Assembly: GCA_011050465.1 (NCBI GenBank)
Contig: DRFQ01000009.1
Span: 192,334 to 256,333, forward strand
Length of the DNA stretch: 64,000 nucleotides
Direction: 5' to 3'
From: Candidatus Nealsonbacteria bacterium
GTDB taxonomy: Bacteria > Patescibacteriota > Minisyncoccia > Minisyncoccales > RBG-13-36-15
The position numbers and the translations under genes are program-made. The notes under the pieces were generated by a model. That model worked only from the letters and a program-made list of their open reading frames with translations, searched no databases and was not told where the DNA came from. Below, in pieces: positions 44,351 through 53,113 of this stretch (its first letter is position 1; each line of letters starts with the position of its first letter).

Positions 44351-44704
44351 TTATTTTGTCACTACTTGAGATCCTACTAATTGAATATATCTTATCTCTT
44401 CTATCTTTTCGTAACTTAAATCTTTAATCAATGATTCAATATTTTCTAAGGTATTTGCTTGGGCAAATTTTACCCCTAAAGCTTGAGTCTCTTCGGAGAG
44501 AAAGTTAAATTCTGCTTCATAATTTTTGAGAAGATAAGTTTTCTGAATAACTGAATTAATCTGAAAAATATAGAGGACAAAAAAGATGCCAATTAAACCA
44601 AAACATAAAAGATAAAAAATTCTAAGGTTGAACTTCCATTTTAAACCAGGGATAAAAGGACGGATGGTTAAAATAAATGAATTAATAGCTAAAATATTAT
44701 TCAT
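44351..44704 (-). CDS. FtsL-like cell-division protein (by position and topology)
   Basis: 117 aa with a single TM helix and then a coiled-coil-like segment, located between rsmH and ftsI. Confidence 0.5.
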   Translation of the reverse strand: MNNILAINSFILTIRPFIPGLKWKFNLRIFYLLCFGLIGIFFVLYIFQINSVIQKTYLLKNYEAEFNFLSEETQALGVKFAQANTLENIESLIKDLSYEKIEEIRYIQLVGSQVVTK

Positions 44705-44789
44705 ACATTATTTGAATATTTAAACATCCAAGTATTAAGTAGAATCCAAGATGTTTAAATGTTTAGGTATTAATATGTTAATATGTTTA

Positions 44790-44918
<129 letters not shown>

Positions 44919-44940
44919 TTATAAGTTGACACTTTTTCTA

Positions 44941-45750
44941 TCAGAAGAAGAGGGGTAATATTGAGAAGTTTCCTAAGGAAACAGCTAGTCGCACTATTTT
45001 ATTGATTGGTGAATCAAGTTCTAAAGCTGCTTTTAGATTTCCTGTTTGAGAATCAAATACAAATAAAACTCCAGGTTTTTCACCCCGATGACTGCGTCCA
45101 GTGACATAGACTATGTCAGAGGCGTCAACCCAGAGGCTTTCACCAAAGGTACCAAAATGTGGAACGAAATCTATATGGAATTGATAAAAAGGATCCTCAG
45201 ATAAATTAAATTTACGAATTTCATAACTTTCCCTATTTACAGCAGTAATTTTGACCGGAAAGCTTGTTAGCCATAGCCCATATGGTTTCCCTCTGGTTAC
45301 TCCATATGGAAAAATAAAAATTTCATTTCCTGTATCATAAGAGTAAATTGCCCCTGAAAAAATTTTCTTTGAAAGAGATTCGTCTGTCGTTTCAATTAAA
45401 GAAATCATATCAGATGGCAGTTCGTCTAAATACAATCTTTCTTCCTCATTATCCAAAATCCATCTTTTTGTGGAATTAAATTCTGAATCAGATACTTTAA
45501 TATGCCTTAAAATTTTCCAGTTTTTTGTGTCTATCAGCCAGATGGTTGGTTGAAAAGTACTCTTCCCATGATAAACGCAAAAGCAGTCTGAAGAGTAGTG
45601 CACACCACTATCAAAAACATAGAGTATATCTCCCTTTTTCGCTAAAGCTTCTGGACTACTACCTACCCCAATATTCATAATTGCTAAAAAGTAGGAACCG
45701 AAGATTAGAAAAAGAATTACTGGTAAAGCTATTAAGAACTTTTTTATCAT
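44941..45750 (-). CDS. hypothetical membrane-anchored protein inserted in the dcw cluster
   Basis: 269-aa ORF with an N-terminal TM helix and a beta-rich body. No recognisable family. Confidence 0.6.
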   Translation of the reverse strand: MIKKFLIALPVILFLIFGSYFLAIMNIGVGSSPEALAKKGDILYVFDSGVHYSSDCFCVYHGKSTFQPTIWLIDTKNWKILRHIKVSDSEFNSTKRWILDNEEERLYLDELPSDMISLIETTDESLSKKIFSGAIYSYDTGNEIFIFPYGVTRGKPYGLWLTSFPVKITAVNRESYEIRKFNLSEDPFYQFHIDFVPHFGTFGESLWVDASDIVYVTGRSHRGEKPGVLFVFDSQTGNLKAALELDSPINKIVRLAVSLGNFSILPLFF

Positions 45751-45767
45751 AATATATTTTAGTATGT

Positions 45768-46823
45768 CTATATTTTTACTGCTGCTCTTAATTTAGCCGA
45801 CCTTGATCGAGGATTGACTCGAATTTCTTCAGGGCTTGGCCTGACCGGCTTTTTTGTTAAAATTCTAAGCCTCGATACTATTCGCCTTTGGCGAAAGTAC
45901 GGGGCAGGCAATCCCGCCTTCGATAAATCTTCGGCGGACAAGTCGGCGGGCAAGCCCTCCTTAGCTTTCTCAAATTTTGTTTCGCAAACTTTGAGAGGAT
46001 TAGCCATTTTTTTGAAGAAATTTTTTACAATCCTATCTTCCAAAGAATGGAAAGAAATTATAACTAATCTTCCGCCTTTCCTTATGCTTTCCAGAGCCTG
46101 AGGAAGGGTTCTTTCTAGATTATTTAATTCGTCATTAACGGCGATCCTTAAGGCCTGAAAAGTTCTAGTGGCAAAATGGATACGGTTCCTCAAATATCTC
46201 TTTGGCACAACATATTTTATGGTTTCTGCCAGCTGGAAGGTGGTTTTAATAGGCCTTATGTTTCGTTTTTCAATAATACTTTCGGCAATAATCCGGGCAT
46301 ATCTTTCTTCTCCATAGTCCTTTAAGATTTTCTCTATTGCATCTTTTGACCAAAAATTGAGAATCTTCTCAGCAGTTAACCCCGTTAGAGGTTTGTTCTC
46401 TTTGTGCTTCCGCCAAGCCCCGTTGACCTTTAACGGGGTTAAAGGATTCTGAGGATTGTATCTCATGTCCAGGGGTTCATTTCTCAAAAAGCTGAATCCA
46501 CGACCCGACTCTTCCAAATGCCAGCTGGACATTCCTAAATCAAACAAAATTCCAGAGATTGGCCTAATTTTTTTAATGATCTCTTTTAGGTTGATATAGG
46601 AGTCTCGAACTAAAGTTAATCGTTTCCTAATTCCTGTGGCTTTCAACTTTTTATATAATTCCTGGTCTATTTCAATCCCTAATACTTTTCCTCTGGGTCC
46701 ATTTTTCTCCAATATGGCTAAACTGTGTCCTCCTTGGCCAAACGTACAATCAATAAAATTTTCGTTTGATTTTGGGTCAAGATATTCAAGAATTTCTTTC
46801 TGGAGAACAGGGATATGAATCAT
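45768..46823 (-). CDS. rsmH: 16S rRNA (cytosine1402-N4)-methyltransferase
   Basis: HIPVL, DCTFGQGGHS, FDLGMSSWHLE, GRGFSF, RTFQALRIAVNDEL, ISFHSLEDRIVK and [10 protein letters not shown]. Carries two extra in-frame segments. Confidence 0.9.
   Translation of the reverse strand: MIHIPVLQKEILEYLDPKSNENFIDCTFGQGGHSLAILEKNGPRGKVLGIEIDQELYKKLKATGIRKRLTLVRDSYINLKEIIKKIRPISGILFDLGMSSWHLEESGRGFSFLRNEPLDMRYNPQNPLTPLKVNGAWRKHKENKPLTGLTAEKILNFWSKDAIEKILKDYGEERYARIIAESIIEKRNIRPIKTTFQLAETIKYVVPKRYLRNRIHFATRTFQALRIAVNDELNNLERTLPQALESIRKGGRLVIISFHSLEDRIVKNFFKKMANPLKVCETKFEKAKEGLPADLSAEDLSKAGLPAPYFRQRRIVSRLRILTKKPVRPSPEEIRVNPRSRSAKLRAAVKI
45872..45956. repeat. about 84-nt GC-rich repeat inserted in frame in rsmH (C-terminal region)
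   Basis: Present in rsmH but absent from the duplicated remnant at 44794-44914. Contains sub-palindromes ttcgcctttggcgaa and ggcaggcaatcccgcc. Encodes LPADLSAEDLSKAGLPAPYFRQRRIVSR. Confidence 0.7.
46376..46442. repeat. palindromic element, ccccgttagag family, inserted in frame in rsmH
   Basis: 17-bp inverted repeat ttaaccccgttagaggt / acctttaacggggttaa (one mismatch). Shares ccccgttagagRtttgttctctttg with 5119-5178. Encodes about NPLTPLKVNGAWRKHKENKPLTG. Confidence 0.7.
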
Positions 46824-46847
46824 TAAATTCTAAATTTTAATTATATT

Positions 46848-47279
46848 TTAGACGCCGAGCTCTTTTAACCTTTCGGCTATATCACCTACTGCCATCTCAG
46901 TTTTCTTTTTATATTCCTGCCACTTCTTTTCGTCCCAGATTTCAATTCGATTATAAACTCCGGCAATAACTACTTTTTTTGTTAGTTGACCATATCTTTT
47001 TAAATAATCGGGAATTAGAATTCTTCCCAGACTATCTAATTTTGCATCCATAGCTCCTGTCAACATTAATCTGGCAAATCCCCTGGCGTCAGCCTGAGCC
47101 AAAGGAAGTTTGCTTAATTTTAGAGCTAAAGTTCGCCACTCTTTATTGGGGTAAAGAAAAAGGCAACTGTCTAATCCCCTGGTAATAATTGCCTGCTTTC
47201 CTAAAAGCTGCCGGAATTTTGCCGGTATAGCTAATCTTTTCTTTTCATCAATTGAATATGTATATTCGCCTATGAACAT
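46848..47279 (-). CDS. mraZ: transcriptional regulator MraZ
   Basis: Two SpoVT/AbrB-like halves with DEKKRLAIP and DSLGRILIP (DxxxR motifs). First gene of the dcw cluster. Confidence 0.9.
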   Translation of the reverse strand: MFIGEYTYSIDEKKRLAIPAKFRQLLGKQAIITRGLDSCLFLYPNKEWRTLALKLSKLPLAQADARGFARLMLTGAMDAKLDSLGRILIPDYLKRYGQLTKKVVIAGVYNRIEIWDEKKWQEYKKKTEMAVGDIAERLKELGV

Positions 47280-47290
47280 GTTAGATAGTG

Positions 47291-47382
47291 AGCTCGGGAG
47301 CGAGCCGGTTAATACCCCGCCCTCTAAGCTTAATGAAATATTACATAGGAGGCGGGGTTCTCGTTCGCTACGCTCACTCGAA
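47291..47382 (-). repeat. ORF-less copy of the GIY-YIG hairpin element
   Basis: Arms ccccgccctcta (47315-47326) and taggaggcgggg (47346-47357) with a 19-nt loop. The flank ggttctcgttcgctacgctcactcgaa is the reverse complement of the flank at 31998-32022, with a few mismatches. Confidence 0.65.
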
Positions 47383-47441
47383 GTTATCCCCCATTACATA
47401 TAGTTTTCCCACAGTTATCCACAATCCTCCATTCCACTTCC

Positions 47442-47471
47442 TTTATACCCCACTCCATTACCACAAGTCAA
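47442..47471 (-). promoter_or_regulatory. candidate mraZ promoter (TTGACT-18 nt-TATAAA) embedded in GTGG repeats
   Basis: The minus strand reads ttgacttGTGGtaatggaGTGGGgtataaaggaaGTGGaatggaggattGTGGataactGTGGGaaaac. The GTGG(G) direct repeats resemble MraZ operator repeats. Confidence 0.4.
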
Positions 47472-47820
47472 CATAAAATAACCCTGCTTAAAATAGCTTT
47501 GAGTCTTATAATTTATCCACAGGTTATTAACACCCCGCACCAATTTTACCGTTAATTCTAAATAACACCCGTTTTTAGAAATATAAGCTCTATAAAACTC
47601 TCGCGACGATCGGGATCGGATCAAACCAGTCGGTGCTTCGCCCCTCCTTGTAATTGCTTCGCAATTAAGAGGCCTTTCCCGTGGAGAGAGTGTCGCCATA
47701 GTTTTTCTCGCAAAATTAAGGCGGGACACACCCAAAAAAATTAGTGCGGTGCAGGCACCCAAATAAAAAACCTTGAGTTTTTAAACTCAAGATGTTTTTC
47801 CTAGAAAATTCCTATTCTCT

Positions 47821-48543
47821 CTAAAACTTCAAGCTTGTATAAATTTTTTCAACCACCTCTAAGTGTCTCTCCCTTTCACCTTCAGCCAACCCATAGTATA
47901 AATCTATTTCTAAAGCCCCCTCCCACCCAGGGTATAGCTCAGAATCTGGTACAAACTCAGGAAATGGTAAATAGATAATGTATAAAGGCGTAAGCCCAGG
48001 TATTTCAGTTGCTATATAAATCCCTTCTCTATTGTCAATGATTACATTTTTTTCTGAGATAAGTTTCAAACCCATAAGTTGTAATCTATTTAATACGGTC
48101 CCTCTAAAGGTAGAGGAGAGCTCTTCGGGCATGAAAGCGGTATTTAGGAAGGAAAGCCCATAACCTCTCTGCAATTCCGTTTCCGTATAATCGGGTAAAT
48201 AAAAATTTACGTCGCTTAAATCTCCAGAAAGGCTTTCTTCGACAATTAAACCCTTTGGGTATTTAATTGTATAACCAAATTTTTTATCAGTATATAATTT
48301 CCAATTGGCTGTTTCATCTACTGGAACCTTTTCTTCTGGGACTTCTACCTCTCCTGGAATTTCTACGGAGGGTTTTACTCCTGGCACTTTAGCTTCTTCT
48401 TTTGGCGACCACCAACCTTCCGGCGCTAAAGCTTTGGAGGACAAGTACTGATAACCTAAAATCCCGCCGCCCACAATAACAGCCAGCACAACAACAATTA
48501 ATATATATTTTAAGTTAGTTTTACCTTCCGTAATAAAGGGCAT
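47821..48543 (-). CDS. membrane-anchored hypothetical protein (MPFIxxGKxNLKY anchor family)
   Basis: MPFITEGKTNLKYILIVVVLAVIVGGGILGYQYL is paralogous to the N-terminus of 7216-7833. The C-terminal domain is unique. Confidence 0.6.
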   Translation of the reverse strand: MPFITEGKTNLKYILIVVVLAVIVGGGILGYQYLSSKALAPEGWWSPKEEAKVPGVKPSVEIPGEVEVPEEKVPVDETANWKLYTDKKFGYTIKYPKGLIVEESLSGDLSDVNFYLPDYTETELQRGYGLSFLNTAFMPEELSSTFRGTVLNRLQLMGLKLISEKNVIIDNREGIYIATEIPGLTPLYIIYLPFPEFVPDSELYPGWEGALEIDLYYGLAEGERERHLEVVEKIYTSLKF

Positions 48544-48642
48544 GTTACATTATTATACATGTTTAACACCCGACATTAAACAACCAAACAGTGGATAATT
48601 CCTATGTGAATTGTTGTTCTCGAGAACTGTTCCCGTGATGTT

Positions 48643-51228
48643 TTATCTAATTATTAACTTAAATTCTTTAGGTTCTATTTCTACCTTATCTCCTCTCTTT
48701 AGTTCATCTCTTAAAATGGCTTCGGCTAAAACATCTTCTACTTTATCTTGAATAACTCGTCTCATTTCTCTGGCCCCGAAGATGGGATTATAACCTAGTT
48801 CAACTATTTTTTCTTTTAGTTGAGGAGTAATTATGAATTCAATATATTTTTTGGCCAAATTCTTTTTTAACCTTGAAAACAAAATCTCTGAAATATCAAG
48901 TAAGTTCTGACGGGTTAGAGGTCTAAAAATTACCATGGCATCGAATCGGTTAACAAGCTCTGGCCGAAAAATTCCTTTAGCAAAGAGATAATCCAAGAGT
49001 TCTTTTTTTACACCCTGCCATGCTGTCTTGGTTTTAATTGCCTCTAAAATAATCTTGTAGCCGGCATTGGAGGTGGCAATTATGATTGTATTTGAAAAGC
49101 TAACTTTTCTTCCCAAACCATCTGTCACATAACCTTCATCTAAAATCTGTAAAAATAAATTCAAGATATTATGATGAGCTTTCTCAATTTCATCTAATAA
49201 AACCAAAGAAAAAGGATTCTCTCTGACAGGAGTGGTTAAGAGCCCCTCTTCACCGGCCGAACCCAATAACCTGGAAATATCTTCAATCGCTTGGAATTCT
49301 GACATATCCAGCCTTATCATTCGCTTCTCAGACCCAAAATATGTTGCAGCCAACGCCTTTGAGGTTTCTGTTTTGCCAACTCCGGTGGGCCCTAAAAACA
49401 GGAAAGTACCCATAGGACCCCTCCTAACTGTAATATCGGCCCGAGCCCTTCTTAAAGCTTCTGAAATTGCCCTAACTGCTTCTTCTTGATTAATAATCCT
49501 TTGATGAATTAGTTTTTCCAGATTTAATAAAATTTCTTTTTCCCGAGCTGCTACCTCTCCCACCGGAATCTGGGTTTTTTCAGAAACAATTTTAGCTATG
49601 TGTTCTGGCAAAATTAACTTTCCCTTTATATAACGGGAAACATAAACCATTATTTCGTCTAAAAGGTCAATTGCTTTCTTGGGAAAAGGGACTGTCTGGA
49701 TATAACGACTAGCATAAACAATAATATCCCGAAGGGCCAGATAGCTTATGAACTTTTTATATTTTTTCTCGAATGATGGAACTAAACTCTCTAAGATTAA
49801 AATCGTCTCTGTTTCCGAAAGTTCAGAAGCTTCAATCTTGCCAAAAAGATTCAGAAGAGAAGGATTTTGCTCTATATACTTGTGAAGACCAGTAAAAGAA
49901 GTTATTCCTATGATTCGAAAAGAAGGTAAACGCAGATAGGAAGAAAGAGCGCCCGAAATATCAATTATTCCGGGCCTGGCAAGCTGGCCAATATAATTGT
50001 GAAACTCATCAATAACCAGAATAATATTTCCTGCTCTAACTACTTCTTTAAAAATTCTATCTAAAACAGCTTCAACTTCTTCAAGGGAGGTTATCTCCGA
50101 TAAAAGAGAAGTAAGATCCAGCTCCACTACCCTTTTATAATTCAATTCCGGCAGACTTTGGCCATAAAGAACTCTCAAAGTTAAACCATGAATAATGCTC
50201 TTTCTGCCAATCCCTGGTTCTCCTATAAGCAATACATTATTAATCTCTGTACGGGCCAAAACTCTTTCTATCGCCTCCAGAGCATCCTGATGGCCAATAA
50301 TTTCTTCAAAACCTCTTTTTTTCGCTACTTCTGTCCAGTCTGTTGAATACCGATCCAAGGTAACCGTATAGCCCGCCGCCCAATCTCTGGCAATAGATCC
50401 TTTCCTTTTTAAGTTTTCTATTTCCCAAAATCTTTCAGCTAAAGCTGATCTTTTTTCTAAAGATTCTAACCACCAGGTCAAATTTTCAATATCTTGGGAT
50501 ACAAGCTTAGTTTCAATCAAAATCCTCCTAAAAAATTGGTTATACTTAGAAAGAGCAGTTAACATGTCCCCCAATTCAACTCTTTGATGTCCTTTTTTTT
50601 GGGCAATCCTGAAAGATTCAAAAATTGTTTCTTGAAAATCAATGGAATAGCCGGAAGTTTCCTTCTCCGGAGAAAGTTTTTCTGTTTTTAATTCTTTTTT
50701 TAGTGCCGCCTTAACTTCGTTCAGATTCAACATAGCTCGAGAGAATATAAAATTTAATTTTGGATTGTCTTTTAAAAGAAAATAAAAAAGATGATCTGAA
50801 GTAACTTTGGAGAATTTTCTGGATTTAGTAAAATTACTAGATTTTGAAACTGCCCTGGCTATCTCAAAACTTAAGAATTCAGCTAAATTGTATTGTTCAG
50901 ATTTCGCAATTAACCCTTCAATAATCTTTACTTGCAGGTTTAAGTCTAAAGGATAAAGACGGGGCTTCTTTAATTTTACATTAAAAAAGCTTTCTTGAAG
51001 ACGGAAAAATATCCAGAAAACCAAAGAGATTACTGATAATCCTAAGGCTGAAGAAAGAATTTCATCAGAAAAAAGTTGTCCCAAAAGTCCGGCTAAAAAG
51101 AATAAAAATACAAAAAGAAAAAAGTAAAAAGAAACTCTTTTAAGATTTCTGGCATACTTAAAAAATGGATGTCTTTCCCATTTTACCGCCTGAAAAATTT
51201 TAGCTGCCTCTAAGTTAAAATAAAACAT
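48643..51228 (-). CDS. Clp/Hsp100-family AAA+ ATPase with two nucleotide-binding domains and N-terminal TM segments
   Basis: NBD1 GEPGIGRKS / ILVIDEFH. NBD2 GPTGVGKTETSKALA / LVLLDEIEKAH. Hydrophobic N-terminus (FYFFLFVFLFFLAGLLG, LGLSVISLVFWIFF). Confidence 0.85.
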   Translation of the reverse strand: MFYFNLEAAKIFQAVKWERHPFFKYARNLKRVSFYFFLFVFLFFLAGLLGQLFSDEILSSALGLSVISLVFWIFFRLQESFFNVKLKKPRLYPLDLNLQVKIIEGLIAKSEQYNLAEFLSFEIARAVSKSSNFTKSRKFSKVTSDHLFYFLLKDNPKLNFIFSRAMLNLNEVKAALKKELKTEKLSPEKETSGYSIDFQETIFESFRIAQKKGHQRVELGDMLTALSKYNQFFRRILIETKLVSQDIENLTWWLESLEKRSALAERFWEIENLKRKGSIARDWAAGYTVTLDRYSTDWTEVAKKRGFEEIIGHQDALEAIERVLARTEINNVLLIGEPGIGRKSIIHGLTLRVLYGQSLPELNYKRVVELDLTSLLSEITSLEEVEAVLDRIFKEVVRAGNIILVIDEFHNYIGQLARPGIIDISGALSSYLRLPSFRIIGITSFTGLHKYIEQNPSLLNLFGKIEASELSETETILILESLVPSFEKKYKKFISYLALRDIIVYASRYIQTVPFPKKAIDLLDEIMVYVSRYIKGKLILPEHIAKIVSEKTQIPVGEVAAREKEILLNLEKLIHQRIINQEEAVRAISEALRRARADITVRRGPMGTFLFLGPTGVGKTETSKALAATYFGSEKRMIRLDMSEFQAIEDISRLLGSAGEEGLLTTPVRENPFSLVLLDEIEKAHHNILNLFLQILDEGYVTDGLGRKVSFSNTIIIATSNAGYKIILEAIKTKTAWQGVKKELLDYLFAKGIFRPELVNRFDAMVIFRPLTRQNLLDISEILFSRLKKNLAKKYIEFIITPQLKEKIVELGYNPIFGAREMRRVIQDKVEDVLAEAILRDELKRGDKVEIEPKEFKLIIR

Positions 51229-51231
51229 TTG

Positions 51232-51633
51232 TCACGAAATAATTAAAAGTGTGCCCAATACTAGTCCTGAGATCAATAAAACCGGCAATAAAATCCATCC
51301 CAGAAATATAATAAATCCGCCAATAATTATAAAAAGTTCAAGAATTAAACCAACTATAATCAAGGCTATCCTTATTAAAGCCCCTAAAAATCGGGACATC
51401 AAGTTAGACAAAAGAACATTAAAATACTCCCCAATAGTAAAACCCCTGCCCCTTATCCAATAATATCTTTTCCAATGAGAAAAGAGGGTTTTTAAAAGTA
51501 AAGGAATGGAAAAATAATTTAAATTAAACAAGAGAAAATTTCTCCAGCCCTTCAAAATTTCTTTTGGTATTTCAAAGAAATACCAGAAAAACCAAAGCCA
51601 AATTATATTATCCTCTAAGATAGATATTTTCAT
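51232..51633 (-). CDS. small polytopic membrane protein
   Basis: 133 aa with 3-4 TM helices. Its stop is 3 nt from the Clp start. Confidence 0.5.
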   Translation of the reverse strand: MKISILEDNIIWLWFFWYFFEIPKEILKGWRNFLLFNLNYFSIPLLLKTLFSHWKRYYWIRGRGFTIGEYFNVLLSNLMSRFLGALIRIALIIVGLILELFIIIGGFIIFLGWILLPVLLISGLVLGTLLIIS

Positions 51634-51745
51634 AAGCTCTTTTGGTATATTAACATAAAAAATAAAAAAACAGCATCCAAGGAATAAAAACTCGCTATTG
51701 CTTGGTTTTAATGGTATAAAAAAGCGAAATTAACCTAATAATCTC

Positions 51746-52924
51746 ATGCGAGTTATTTTTGCTTTTTTAACTATTATTGCTGTCATTGCGATTTTTTACT
51801 CTTTTGGAAAGACTTCCTTTCAGGAAATTGGTGAATGGGAAAATGTCCGAGACTACCTTGCTAGTTTTCAGATTCAAACGAAAACTTCACAAAAGAAATC
51901 TTTAAAAACTCAATCTACAAATATAAAATCTGTAGGAACAGCATCGGTTGTCCCGCTAAAATCAGAACCATTTATTTTAATCGACACCTATATAACTTCC
52001 GGGCCAGAAGAAGGAGAGATTATAGAAGATACTAATAAAGTTACTTTTGAATTTGATGGAGAGATCTTGATAGGTGGAGCTAAAGAACGAATATCGTTTG
52101 AAACAAAATACGAAGGATTTGATGATGATTGGGTAAAAACCTCTTCCAAAAAAAGAACGGTAAATCTTCCTCCGGGGCCAAAAGAATATAAGTTTTTAGT
52201 CAGAGCAAAAACAAAAAATTCAGCTGATTTAACTCCGGCCAGCAGAACTTTTAAGATAAATACCTCTCCTTATTTTGGCAAAGTAAAAATTTCCGGAACA
52301 AGGGCCAAAACCTCCTCTCGTCCTTCTTTAATTACTTTAAGCTCTCGGCTCAAGAAAGAAGAGAAAATCAATATTACCGGTTGGCGTATTAAAGGAAGGC
52401 AAGGAAAAATTGTTATTCCTCAAGGCAGAGAGAAACTTCTTCCAGGTCCTTATGGTTTTATACCTAAAGGAAATATTTTTATTAAAAAATCTGACACAAT
52501 ATACCTATTAAGTAGCTCCAATCCTCTGGGAGGAACTAAGAATGGTTTCCGTTTAAATAAATGTTTTGGTTATTTCTTGAATTATCAGAGTTTTTATCCC
52601 TCTTTTTCGAAAAGATGCCCAAGACCAACTTTAGAAGAGATTCCTCATCTTGGCCCATATTGCCAGGATTTTGTTCTTCGCGTTTCTCGCTGCTCAGTCC
52701 CAGATTATTCTGATAATCCAGAAGTAGCTGATAGTTCACAATGTACATCTTATATCCAAGATCGCTTTAATTACAACGGCTGTTTTAAATATCATTCCAG
52801 AGACGAAGATTTCCTAAAAAATTCTTGGTATATTTATATAGGCAGCGACATTATCAATAAACTACACGATACGCTCTATTTACTCGATCAAAACGGACTC
52901 ATTGTAGATAAACGTCTTTATTAA
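51746..52924 (+). CDS. hypothetical secreted/anchored protein, possible lamin-tail-like domain
   Basis: N-terminal TM helix. FGKVKISG...KINITGWRIKGRQGKIVIPQG resembles the LTD pattern (tentative). The C-terminal part is Cys-rich. Confidence 0.5.
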   Translation: MRVIFAFLTIIAVIAIFYSFGKTSFQEIGEWENVRDYLASFQIQTKTSQKKSLKTQSTNIKSVGTASVVPLKSEPFILIDTYITSGPEEGEIIEDTNKVTFEFDGEILIGGAKERISFETKYEGFDDDWVKTSSKKRTVNLPPGPKEYKFLVRAKTKNSADLTPASRTFKINTSPYFGKVKISGTRAKTSSRPSLITLSSRLKKEEKINITGWRIKGRQGKIVIPQGREKLLPGPYGFIPKGNIFIKKSDTIYLLSSSNPLGGTKNGFRLNKCFGYFLNYQSFYPSFSKRCPRPTLEEIPHLGPYCQDFVLRVSRCSVPDYSDNPEVADSSQCTSYIQDRFNYNGCFKYHSRDEDFLKNSWYIYIGSDIINKLHDTLYLLDQNGLIVDKRLY

Positions 52925-53113
52925 AAACCTTACTTAAAAATTTTTACCTTAAAAACCCATCTTGCTTACGATGGGTTTTGAAATTTTAAGCCCGAGGCAA
53001 CCTTGTCCGCCGTAGCTTCGGCGAGGATGAAAACGAAGGAGGACTTGTCCGTCCGACTGGTCCGCCGAAAGTTTACTGAAGGTGGAAGCTTAAGCGAAGG
53101 AGGAAAGCCTGTT

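Noticed and set aside
47415-47521. Declaring this gap the chromosomal origin (oriC).
   Set aside because: There are only two perfect boxes. No dnaA or dnaN gene is nearby in the window, I could not compute skew, and the boxes overlap GTGG repeats better explained as an MraZ operator. It is kept as an open finding only.
47415-47762. 115-aa ORF upstream of mraZ, plus the 62-aa ORF at 47288-47476.
   Set aside because: Both run through repeat hairpins and the promoter/operator region. Neither has an SD or any family resemblance.
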